This document shows positions 34,530-42,898 of a DNA stretch of 64,000 bases, piece by piece. The position numbers and the translations under genes were made by a program. This DNA is from a virus, in the IMG/VR virus record IMGVR_UViG_3300039452_000120. One strand, given 5' to 3'. Positions within the stretch are counted from its first letter, which is position 1. Each line of letters starts with the position of its first letter. The notes beneath the pieces are model-generated. The model had not been told where the DNA came from. It saw only the letters and a list, made by a program, of their open reading frames with translations, and searched no databases.

Positions 34530-36050
34530 ATGAATTTAGGTATTAACATCGACGCGTACAGTAGCATGAAGGACAACTTCGCGTTCACTGGCGAGGCTAA
34601 TACTTCACCTGAAGCCCTGCAGGACATTGCAAAGGCACTCGAAGCAGGAAGTCTTAGCGGGCAAGCTACTATGAACAGAACAGACCTGTCTGGTAGCCCA
34701 TTGAAAACAGAAAGTCTGGACTCAACGCTTCGTGTTACCACTTTCCAAGAAAGTGAAATCGTAGTGTGGAAACGTATACCGAAAAGTGCTGCTTACAGTA
34801 CCAATGAGGAATACAACCAAATGACCGACTACGGTAGTGACGTTGGTGGGTTCTACGGTGAAGGTGAAACTCCAAATGAGGAAGATAGCACCTATGTACG
34901 TAGGCAACAGTTAGTGAAATTCCTTGGTGTGAAAAAGGGCGTGACTCATGTGATGACCCTGACTCAGACCATGATTGGTAACGCCATTGCTCAGGAAGCT
35001 AAGAATGGCACCATGTGGATTTTACGTAAGCTTAACCGCTCAATTGTGGATGCCGATAGCCGTATTATACCGAATGCCTTTAACGGTGTATATGCTCAGC
35101 ATATTCGCCCAGATGGTAGTAATTTCAATGGTGGTTTAGGTGAGTATGATTACCTGAGCTCAGAAATTGTAGTTGACTTGCGTGGTTCTTACCTGAAAGA
35201 GGAACACATGGAAACGGCACAGGAAGGGATGATTGAAAACCACGGTATCGGTAACGAGTTCTTTGGTGCTCCAAAAATCTTCTCTGACTTTGCGAAAGGC
35301 TTCTACGGTAAAAAGTATATCAACCCGAATACTGAGCAGACATCTGCCGGCATTATGGGTCAAAGGGTTGTAGGACACGACACTCAATTTGGTCGTGTTA
35401 ACTTTACACCTGACCTGTTCATGAACAAACGTAAACCGAAATTTTATAATGACGGTGGTGTTGGTGGTAGTGGTGCTCCGAATGCTATCGTACCAGATGG
35501 TACTACACCAATTAATGCTTTAACAGGCATTACAAATTCTCTTTGGGCTTCCAGTGATGCTGGTAACTACGTATATGGTATTACCGCTGTAAATTATCTT
35601 GGTGAATCACCAATGACTGTACTTTCTAATACTGCTACTACTATTTCTGCTGGTGGCGCAGTTGACTTGAAATTTACAGCTTCTACTTCTGGCCCAGCTG
35701 CTACAGGTTTTGTTATCTGGAGAGCAGAAAAAGGTATGGCTTATAATGTTGCTAAATTCTACAAACTGTTCGAGGTTTCTGCTCAGGAATTAGCAAACGG
35801 TTACAATGGTGCTGCTGCTTCTACAGTACGTGACACTAACATGTATATGCCAAATACTAACCAGGCATTCTTGATCCAGAACACTTCAGACGTTTGGACT
35901 TTCCGCCAATTGCTTCCGATGATGAAGATGGATTTAGCGATCACTGGCCCAGTGTTCAACTTCTTAGTGTTGCTTTATGGTACACCAATTCTGTTCCAGC
36001 AACGTAAGATGGTGAGGTTCATCAATGTTGGTTTATTTATCGACAATTAA
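34530..36050 (+). CDS. major capsid protein
   Basis: 506 aa, immediately after the protease/scaffold, followed by the strongest terminator in the window. Called from position and size. Confidence 0.65.
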   Translation: MNLGINIDAYSSMKDNFAFTGEANTSPEALQDIAKALEAGSLSGQATMNRTDLSGSPLKTESLDSTLRVTTFQESEIVVWKRIPKSAAYSTNEEYNQMTDYGSDVGGFYGEGETPNEEDSTYVRRQQLVKFLGVKKGVTHVMTLTQTMIGNAIAQEAKNGTMWILRKLNRSIVDADSRIIPNAFNGVYAQHIRPDGSNFNGGLGEYDYLSSEIVVDLRGSYLKEEHMETAQEGMIENHGIGNEFFGAPKIFSDFAKGFYGKKYINPNTEQTSAGIMGQRVVGHDTQFGRVNFTPDLFMNKRKPKFYNDGGVGGSGAPNAIVPDGTTPINALTGITNSLWASSDAGNYVYGITAVNYLGESPMTVLSNTATTISAGGAVDLKFTASTSGPAATGFVIWRAEKGMAYNVAKFYKLFEVSAQELANGYNGAAASTVRDTNMYMPNTNQAFLIQNTSDVWTFRQLLPMMKMDLAITGPVFNFLVLLYGTPILFQQRKMVRFINVGLFIDN

Positions 36051-36077
36051 TCACCGTTAAATCAATAAAGTACAAGA

Positions 36078-36108
36078 GGGTGGGGGCTATAAATCCTCAC
36101 CCTTTTTT
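36078..36108 (+). terminator. rho-independent terminator
   Basis: GC-rich 8-bp stem GGGTGGGG/CCTCACCC (one G-U), 9-nt loop, then TTTTTT. Confidence 0.75.
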
Positions 36109-36130
36109 GTTGCACTAAAACATTAAAAAC

Positions 36131-36565
36131 ATGAAAATCAGAGTAAAAGACGAAGCAGTAATAAAACACGGTAAGGTGAATTTGCCTGACATTGGTACCG
36201 TAGATGTACCTGAAGATGGCGTGTTAGACGTTCATGAAGATTTGGGGAACATGCTTATCACAGCTGCTCCAGATGCTTGGGCTAAACATCATTTTCAAGG
36301 TGGTAAAACTTCTAAGCAGATTGAATGGTCGCCGAAAGCGCAACCTGCTGTCGAAAGCGCAGCCGAGAGCAATGAACCTGAAGAGATTGAAGATAATCCA
36401 CAGGACAACGATGAAGTTAAAGCGAGGCGCAAGGAATTGCTTCAAAAACCATTTGAAAGTTTACGCGACATCTGCGCTGCACTTCAGTTTCCACAAGAAG
36501 AATATGAAAACTTAAAGAAGTCGCAGCTGGTTAATTATATTCTGAATAAATCAGAAGAAGAATAG
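36131..36565 (+). CDS. hypothetical acidic protein with SAP/Rho-N-like C-terminal motif
   Basis: C-terminal LRDICAALQFPQEEYENLKKSQLVNYIL resembles a helix-extended-helix motif. Confidence 0.45.
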   Translation: MKIRVKDEAVIKHGKVNLPDIGTVDVPEDGVLDVHEDLGNMLITAAPDAWAKHHFQGGKTSKQIEWSPKAQPAVESAAESNEPEEIEDNPQDNDEVKARRKELLQKPFESLRDICAALQFPQEEYENLKKSQLVNYILNKSEEE

Positions 36566-36567
36566 CC

Positions 36568-37350
36568 ATGCCACAGTTAGCTTTACAGCTAAAGTATAAA
36601 AAGAACCAAGGCATAGCCCTCTCAGCTACAGAACTGATAGAGGGCTATTTCTTTGGTATTCCTTTGACTAACCGATTTGGACAATCGCTTAGTCCAAAGG
36701 TTATTGAAGACAAGATCATGTTTGCTCAGGCTCAGGTGGAAGACATCTTGGGTATTAAGTTGTCTTACACTTTAATGAAAGAGAACCGGGATTATCTGCG
36801 CGGGGATTATGAGACGTGGGGATTTTTGAAGATGGGTTTCCCGGTGGTTCAAGCTTTAAGTTTAAACGGTCAATATGGTAACACACCTGTTCAGAAATGG
36901 CCAACTAATTGGATGACTGTGTCTAAGAATAGTGAAGAATATCTCATTGGTAGGTCTATTCACATTGTCCCTAATGGGAATGGCACCATACAAGCGAATG
37001 GTTTCATAGGCATATTTCCGCAATTGGGCTTCTTAGCACAGGATTTTCTGCCTAATTACTGGATTGTGCAATATTTAACCGGGATGGGAGTGATAAGAGG
37101 GGACTTGTTAGATTTTATTGGTAAATTAGCAGCAATTCCACTTTTAGCCATGTTAGGTGATATAGTGCTTGGCCCCGGTTTGACTTCTCAATCGTTGTCT
37201 TTCGATGGGTTGAGCCAAACTACAACTACTACCAAGAGCGCGACATCGTCTGCTTATTCGGCACGTATTAATCAATATATCAATGATCTTAAATACGGAT
37301 TACCTACATTAGTTAATACGTACAAGGGAATTGCTTTTAATGTACTATAA
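36568..37350 (+). CDS. virion structural protein (head-tail joining region)
   Basis: Position between the capsid and sheath genes. Confidence 0.45.
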   Translation: MPQLALQLKYKKNQGIALSATELIEGYFFGIPLTNRFGQSLSPKVIEDKIMFAQAQVEDILGIKLSYTLMKENRDYLRGDYETWGFLKMGFPVVQALSLNGQYGNTPVQKWPTNWMTVSKNSEEYLIGRSIHIVPNGNGTIQANGFIGIFPQLGFLAQDFLPNYWIVQYLTGMGVIRGDLLDFIGKLAAIPLLAMLGDIVLGPGLTSQSLSFDGLSQTTTTTKSATSSAYSARINQYINDLKYGLPTLVNTYKGIAFNVL

Positions 37351-38195
37351 TGAGTGGTTCATTTGATACTACACCAAAAATCGTTATTCCTGACGACAGG
37401 TTTAATGTTATGGAGCCCATCTTTAGCCAGAATGCTTTCGATGGTGCTGTAGATAGTAAGGGTTATACGGTAACGATAGAAAAAGCTATTCGCTGCCCTT
37501 GTGTTGTATTAGGCACAGGTCAGGGCAATCCGTCTTGCTTAAGCTGTGGTGGGTCAAGTTGGTTCTTTATTTCTAAGCGAAAAACTGTAGGCTTGGTACA
37601 GTCTATGAATAAGGAAACTAAGTACCAACAGTGGAGTGAAACGCAACGTGGGACGGCTAAGATAAGCCTTAAAGGCATTGATCAGGTAGCCTTCATGGAC
37701 AGGGTTACTGTATTAGAAGTAGAAAGTATATTTACACAAAATGCTGTAATGAGACGGTCTTCAACTAATCAGTTGTTCGCATTTTTGTTTTATCGCCCCA
37801 AAGAAATAGAGTATATTTATGCATTTACAGCAGTCGATAGTCAACCCAGATTAGTAGATAGTACTAAGTATACTGTTGAAGATGATCACATTATCTTTGA
37901 TAGTTCACTGAGTAGCTTGATGAATACAGATACATTAGGCGAAGTGTATTGCATGTTAGGGATACGATACAAGCATAATCCTACTTACCATGTGATTGAT
38001 ATACTGAGAGAAACAGTCAAAACCTTCTCGTCAGATGATACGCCTGTTATTTTGCCTGAGCAAAATCCTATTGAAGATTTGGCTGTAAAAGAGCCGATGC
38101 CTATTTATGCTGTGGGAAGAAAGGTACATTTTATGTTTGACTCTCCTAATTTAAGTGGAGAGAGTTTATTTGATAATACACCAACTAACGAATAA
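37350..38195 (+). CDS. virion structural protein with Cys4 motif
   Basis: CPCV...CLSCGG motif; position in the neck module. Confidence 0.45.
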   Translation: MSGSFDTTPKIVIPDDRFNVMEPIFSQNAFDGAVDSKGYTVTIEKAIRCPCVVLGTGQGNPSCLSCGGSSWFFISKRKTVGLVQSMNKETKYQQWSETQRGTAKISLKGIDQVAFMDRVTVLEVESIFTQNAVMRRSSTNQLFAFLFYRPKEIEYIYAFTAVDSQPRLVDSTKYTVEDDHIIFDSSLSSLMNTDTLGEVYCMLGIRYKHNPTYHVIDILRETVKTFSSDDTPVILPEQNPIEDLAVKEPMPIYAVGRKVHFMFDSPNLSGESLFDNTPTNE

Positions 38196-38196
38196 G

Positions 38197-38973
38197 ATGG
38201 CTATTAAAATATCAGTCGATTTAAGTGCTACTTTTGATGAGTTTGTTATGACGGCTGATGAAGCACATGCAATGACCGAAGCTGTTTTAGATGAGGTTAC
38301 GGATGCTTTCATTTTTCAATGGAAGGCTGAAGCTAAACAAGCATTACGTTCGACCCGAAATGACTATATCCGTAATATACATAAGATTGATAAGGGACGT
38401 TTTGAACGGATGGTTGTATTGATGGGTAAGTTCAATAATATGTTAGAAATGGGTTGTAGCCCGTTTGATATGAAGGTGGGATTTGAAAAATCAAACAAGC
38501 GTAAAATAACAGCGAAAGGTGGTTGGTATTTGACAATCCCTTTCAGGTGGGCGACCCCGGACGCCTTAGGAGAGAATGAAGCTTTTTCAGGTCAGATGCC
38601 ACCTGAAATACATGATATTGTGAAAGGAAAGGCTTTAAAAGCAGGGTCACAGTCATCTGAACCTATTAAATTACAAGATATACCGAAAGCATTACAGGGA
38701 TTGGGAGTAAGAAAAGCGGTAGGTGATTTTGCTTCATATACACATAAAAATAACATATATGAAGGTATACAGAAAAGCACTGCTGATTATGAGAAGACAT
38801 CACAAAATTCGTATGTGTCTTTTAGACGGGTATCAGACAAGTCGAGTGCTCTATCGTGGATTTATTCGGGTATAAAAGCATATGATTTGGCTAACAGAGC
38901 ATTAAACAATTTAGATATAGAAACTATTGTGGATAATACAGTAGATAAGTTCTTATCAGAAATAGGAGAATAA
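38197..38973 (+). CDS. virion structural protein (neck module)
   Basis: Trimmed to ATG 38197, right after the upstream stop. Confidence 0.45.
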   Translation: MAIKISVDLSATFDEFVMTADEAHAMTEAVLDEVTDAFIFQWKAEAKQALRSTRNDYIRNIHKIDKGRFERMVVLMGKFNNMLEMGCSPFDMKVGFEKSNKRKITAKGGWYLTIPFRWATPDALGENEAFSGQMPPEIHDIVKGKALKAGSQSSEPIKLQDIPKALQGLGVRKAVGDFASYTHKNNIYEGIQKSTADYEKTSQNSYVSFRRVSDKSSALSWIYSGIKAYDLANRALNNLDIETIVDNTVDKFLSEIGE

Positions 38974-38974
38974 A

Positions 38975-39661
38975 ATGGCAATATTACTACCGGAAGTTGT
39001 ATTATTTAAGCTTGTAAAAGGGCTTTTACAAGTCGCCAAGGACGACTACAACAATGCTGCTAATAAAGATGACTCTTTATTGGCTTATATGTTCAAGGGG
39101 CAAACGCTCAACACTTTCGATTTTTATCAGAGTGCTATAAATATGCTTACCAAGCCAAATACTGAACGTCGTGTTTTAGACGTAACAGTAGGCTATAATC
39201 AATCACGGGCAGAAATGCCTACAATTCATATCATATTACCTTCGGAACAGTTGCCTACTGCCCCTATTGGTAGTAACAGTGGTTATGAGGATGATATATT
39301 GACTTATGATCCATCTGATACTGGTCATACTAATCCATTAACGCACATCCTGGTATATACATATGATTCATTTTGTACGTATAATTTGCTCATAACAAGT
39401 GATAATGTGCTTGAAGTAATTGTGATATATAACACGTTAAAGTACTTGATGATTTCTGCCAGTTTTACATTGGCTGCGTCAGGTTTTATCAATGCGAAGT
39501 TTGGTGGGTCGGATTTATCATTTGATGAGAGTTTATTACCGAATAATGCTTTTCACAGGAACTTCAATTTTACTTTCCAATTTGAGAACAGCATACGTGA
39601 TATTCAACAGTTTACAATCGGTAAAACATTTACCCTTGATCCAACAATACTTGAAAATTAA
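38975..39661 (+). CDS. virion structural protein (neck / tail terminator region)
   Basis: Position only. Confidence 0.4.
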   Translation: MAILLPEVVLFKLVKGLLQVAKDDYNNAANKDDSLLAYMFKGQTLNTFDFYQSAINMLTKPNTERRVLDVTVGYNQSRAEMPTIHIILPSEQLPTAPIGSNSGYEDDILTYDPSDTGHTNPLTHILVYTYDSFCTYNLLITSDNVLEVIVIYNTLKYLMISASFTLAASGFINAKFGGSDLSFDESLLPNNAFHRNFNFTFQFENSIRDIQQFTIGKTFTLDPTILEN

Positions 39662-39666
39662 CTTTT

Positions 39667-39677
39667 CAGTTATCAAT
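39667..39677 (+). promoter_or_regulatory. copy of recurrent motif CAGTTATCAAT
   Basis: TTCAGTTATCAATTGAGTA here against TTCAGTTATCAATTTAGTC at 53946: 17 of 19 nt identical. Confidence 0.4.
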
Positions 39678-39711
39678 TGAGTAACATTGTAAGCAATATA
39701 AAAGTAAAGCT

Positions 39712-39912
39712 ATGTCTGATAACAAAGATAACACTACCAGCAAGCCATCTGAGGATAAAGCAGTAATTACTGCTAAACAATTTGCTGATATACACGGTTT
39801 TAGCCCAAGGGATAAGGCTGTTGTGAAGAAGATGTACGGCAATAAGCTAAACACTTCAGAAGCATGGCATACTGAGTTGGAAGCTAAGTTTAGTTACGAA
39901 TTATTATCATAA
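39712..39912 (+). CDS. hypothetical protein
   Basis: 66-aa ATG ORF just before the sheath gene. Confidence 0.45.
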   Translation: MSDNKDNTTSKPSEDKAVITAKQFADIHGFSPRDKAVVKKMYGNKLNTSEAWHTELEAKFSYELLS

Positions 39913-39915
39913 CCC

Positions 39916-41577
39916 ATGCCTAAGTATCAATATTTCAACAACCAGCAAGTTTTAGAGCCGGGTGCGTATACCCAAGTGCTTGGTGGTGATGTACAAGCGC
40001 CAGCTGGCGTTAATTCTGGCTCTGTTTGTATCATAGATACTGGATTAGGTGCTAACTTTGGTGGCGGTTCAGGTTCATTAGGTACAAAGTATAGTGGTAA
40101 GAAAGCCATCTATGAGTTTACCCAGCTTGATGATTTTCGTAATTGGATTGGTGGTGGTGTATTTTGGGACATTGCTAAACGCTTGTGGAAGCCTTCAAAA
40201 ACCACCAATGTTCCGGGTATTCAACAGTTGTTTTTCATTTCTGCTAAACAAACGGTTGGTGCTTCATTTACCGCTAATATCGGTACTGTTACTGGTGGGT
40301 CACCAAATGGCGGTTCATTAGTATTTACAGCTTTTGCTGAAGGAACTGTTGGTAATGGTGTGATCAATTCGACTTCACAAGAATTACAAAGTGGGTATGC
40401 CTTAAAGCTGATCACTTACCCAGCCGACAATACTAAGTTTCAATTTCAATTCTTTAAAGGTAATTACCTTGGACAGGATTTGAATGGTGCCGATATTAAC
40501 AATCTTACACCAGTTGCTGCAAAGGGGCAGTTGGTCTTCACTTCTCAGCCTTTCAATAAGCTTTCAGATTTTGTTACTTACTTTAACACAAATCAGGATT
40601 TTGAAGCTGCTGGCTTTTACTTGGCTTCTTCTTCAATATCTGGCTTAGGTTCGGTTACTGGTACAGACGTTACTAACATGTCAACTTACCAGTTGTTTGC
40701 TGGTGGAACTGAGACTTACAATTCAAATGCTGTCGATGAAGCGGTTGAATCGGTTGAAGAATTACCAAACATTTATTTTTTGTTCGATCAATATGGCGTA
40801 GCAAATGCCATGGGTGTACAAAATACAAAGATTTTCACTTCAATGCTTACCGAAAGCACCTATGAGCGATTAGCTGTTATTGGTGGTGGGGAAGACCGCA
40901 CTGAGAGTGTTCAGTTGTCTTCATCTTCGTCTGCTATTGCAGCTTACTATAATAGTGGTAGAGCATTCGTGGTTCACGGTAATATCTTGGAAAAATACAC
41001 AGACGGGCGTAGTGGTTTCCGGGAACTTGATTCAATTTATCACGCTGCTACTGTTTTGGGTAAAATGGCTGGTAATCCACCGCAAAAACCTATTACTTGG
41101 GAAGCACTTGATATTGACGGCACACCCGACATCCTTAAACGTAGTGAGCGTGAGACGCTGTTGAAAAATGGTGTAATGCACTTGAAAGAAGTGGGTGGTA
41201 ATCTGGTGATTAATCAGGAAATCACTTCTTTGCAGAAGAATGACAATTACGTTTATCCTGATGGAGATTGTCCAGACGGTTCATTAATGCGCATCTCTGC
41301 TGTTTTAAATGCCACTATTAAGGACAATTTGGAACAGCGAGCAGTTGGCTCAAATCAGAACTTGTCTGACCCTTCTGACATTCAGTCTTACGTTGAAAAG
41401 TTGTTACATGACAACACTGCACAGCGTAACGCTGACAGTTTGATAATCTCTTATCAGGATGTGAGTGTTACTTTGACAGGTACTGATTACACTATCAAGT
41501 ATAGCTTTAATCCAAATGGGCCAATTAACCGATTATTCGTGACTGGCTTTATGTACAGTCCTAACGTTACAGTATAA
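39916..41577 (+). CDS. tail sheath protein
   Basis: 553 aa, directly upstream of a 172-aa tube-sized gene, a chaperone pair and the tape measure. Confidence 0.6.
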   Translation: MPKYQYFNNQQVLEPGAYTQVLGGDVQAPAGVNSGSVCIIDTGLGANFGGGSGSLGTKYSGKKAIYEFTQLDDFRNWIGGGVFWDIAKRLWKPSKTTNVPGIQQLFFISAKQTVGASFTANIGTVTGGSPNGGSLVFTAFAEGTVGNGVINSTSQELQSGYALKLITYPADNTKFQFQFFKGNYLGQDLNGADINNLTPVAAKGQLVFTSQPFNKLSDFVTYFNTNQDFEAAGFYLASSSISGLGSVTGTDVTNMSTYQLFAGGTETYNSNAVDEAVESVEELPNIYFLFDQYGVANAMGVQNTKIFTSMLTESTYERLAVIGGGEDRTESVQLSSSSSAIAAYYNSGRAFVVHGNILEKYTDGRSGFRELDSIYHAATVLGKMAGNPPQKPITWEALDIDGTPDILKRSERETLLKNGVMHLKEVGGNLVINQEITSLQKNDNYVYPDGDCPDGSLMRISAVLNATIKDNLEQRAVGSNQNLSDPSDIQSYVEKLLHDNTAQRNADSLIISYQDVSVTLTGTDYTIKYSFNPNGPINRLFVTGFMYSPNVTV

Positions 41578-41582
41578 CAAAA

Positions 41583-42101
41583 ATGAGTGCACAAAACCCT
41601 AAAGTAATGACTGCCCCGCTGGGCATCATAAAGTTTAACGGCATAGCCATCGGCAGGATGCGTGACCTGACGCTTACAGAATCAATTTCACGTGGTAGTG
41701 TCCGGGGCATTGGTGCTTTAACTGTACAAGAAGTACCAGCATTAGCTTATGACTGTACTTTGAATTGTGGTTTGTATTTGATTGATTTCAGTAAAGCCAT
41801 GAATTACATAAATAATGCTGATACTGTTAAAGGTGCGCCGATCATTCAAAGACATGTAAAATCTATTGAGGCGTTTGTTGATACCATCTTATTGCAGGAA
41901 GATGGGGTAACAATCGACATCATGCGTAAAGTAGCAACTGGCACTGATCAGACAACTGGTATCATTTCTTCAGGTTTAAGTGTATTTGCTTCTATAAAAG
42001 GTGCTTTCCTTACCAGAGAAAGCATGAATATCTCTGAATCACAGGTCGGTGGTCGTAACGCTGACTTTATTTATACAACCCCGGTGATTTACTCTGTGTA
42101 A
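41583..42101 (+). CDS. tail tube protein
   Basis: 172 aa, positioned between sheath and chaperones. Confidence 0.55.
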   Translation: MSAQNPKVMTAPLGIIKFNGIAIGRMRDLTLTESISRGSVRGIGALTVQEVPALAYDCTLNCGLYLIDFSKAMNYINNADTVKGAPIIQRHVKSIEAFVDTILLQEDGVTIDIMRKVATGTDQTTGIISSGLSVFASIKGAFLTRESMNISESQVGGRNADFIYTTPVIYSV

Positions 42102-42110
42102 TCCGGGGTT
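42077..42110 (+). terminator. hairpin spanning the tube-gene stop (possible attenuator)
   Basis: Perfect 8-bp GC-rich stem AACCCCGG/CCGGGGTT with an 18-nt loop; only a weak T-tract follows. Confidence 0.3.
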
Positions 42111-42153
42111 ACCCTCTTTCTAAAAATTGGACACTTAAAATTGGTATATACAA

Positions 42154-42555
42154 ATGGCTTCTACTACACAAAAATGTAAAATCAAGGTATTCGATGACGA
42201 ATACATGATACCTTTCCCAGACGTTAGCGAACATATGGAAATTGAGTCAATGAAAATGGCTCTTACCAATAACCGTTATGCTGCTATGGCTGCTTCTGCT
42301 TCTATTAAGTCGGTAACATTAAACTTAGACATGGTAGATGCTATTAGCACTTTCTCCATTCTTTCAGAAGATTTGAAAAAACGTTGGTTGAGTGGTGTTA
42401 CTCTTAAGAATATTGATATGAAATTGGGCAGCGTTTTAGCTCATCAGTATTCTGAAGTGTATTCACCTTGGTACGATGGAATAATGTCTGAAATTAATAA
42501 GGAATTGGAAAAGCTGGGGTATACTACCAATGATAAGCCTGCAACCGCCGAATAA
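42154..42555 (+). CDS. tail assembly chaperone (positional)
   Basis: 133 aa, first of two overlapping ORFs before the tape measure. Confidence 0.45.
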   Translation: MASTTQKCKIKVFDDEYMIPFPDVSEHMEIESMKMALTNNRYAAMAASASIKSVTLNLDMVDAISTFSILSEDLKKRWLSGVTLKNIDMKLGSVLAHQYSEVYSPWYDGIMSEINKELEKLGYTTNDKPATAE

Positions 42556-42898
42556 ACCCCTTCGTCAGTATTTAAACGAGTGGAACACAAAGTACCCCGT
42601 AGATTTAATATGGCGTGCTAAGAATAATGTACAATTTGGTTCAATCGAACATAAGAGCATGGATTTTTTGTCCATGCTTTTTAATTTAATGCAAGAGCAT
42701 GATATAGCTGAGTATAAGAAGGAACAGGAAATACAGAATGATGAGTTCGGTGAATACTCACAAGTATATAAAGACCAAAATAAAGTGGTCAAAATGTCCA
42801 AGCAAGAAATTGATGATGTTTGGGATGAGCTTGATCTTGATAAATTAAACGAGGGCATACTCAATGGGGATACAAAGGGAAATAATATTCAAAGCTGA
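42530..42898 (+). CDS. tail assembly chaperone, second ORF (positional)
   Basis: Own ATG at 42530; in the +1 frame relative to 42154-42555. Confidence 0.4.
   Translation: MISLQPPNKPLRQYLNEWNTKYPVDLIWRAKNNVQFGSIEHKSMDFLSMLFNLMQEHDIAEYKKEQEIQNDEFGEYSQVYKDQNKVVKMSKQEIDDVWDELDLDKLNEGILNGDTKGNNIQS

Noticed and set aside
36234-36515. Nested alternative-frame + strand ORFs. Examples: 36234-36515, 40094-40321, 40880-41164, 23462-23695, 28746-28985, 33969-34190, 51673-51906, 56942-57199, 9033-9227, 39492-39680, 57906-58121
   Set aside because: Each lies wholly inside, or mostly overlaps, a longer ORF with recognisable motifs or a clear syntenic role. Their translations are Lys/Leu-rich, low-complexity products of the AT-rich off-frame.
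42485-42555. Canonical -1 programmed frameshift joining the two tail chaperone ORFs
   Set aside because: The downstream frame is +1, not -1, relative to the upstream ORF, and no XXXYYYZ heptamer is present. It is reported only as a low-interest open question.
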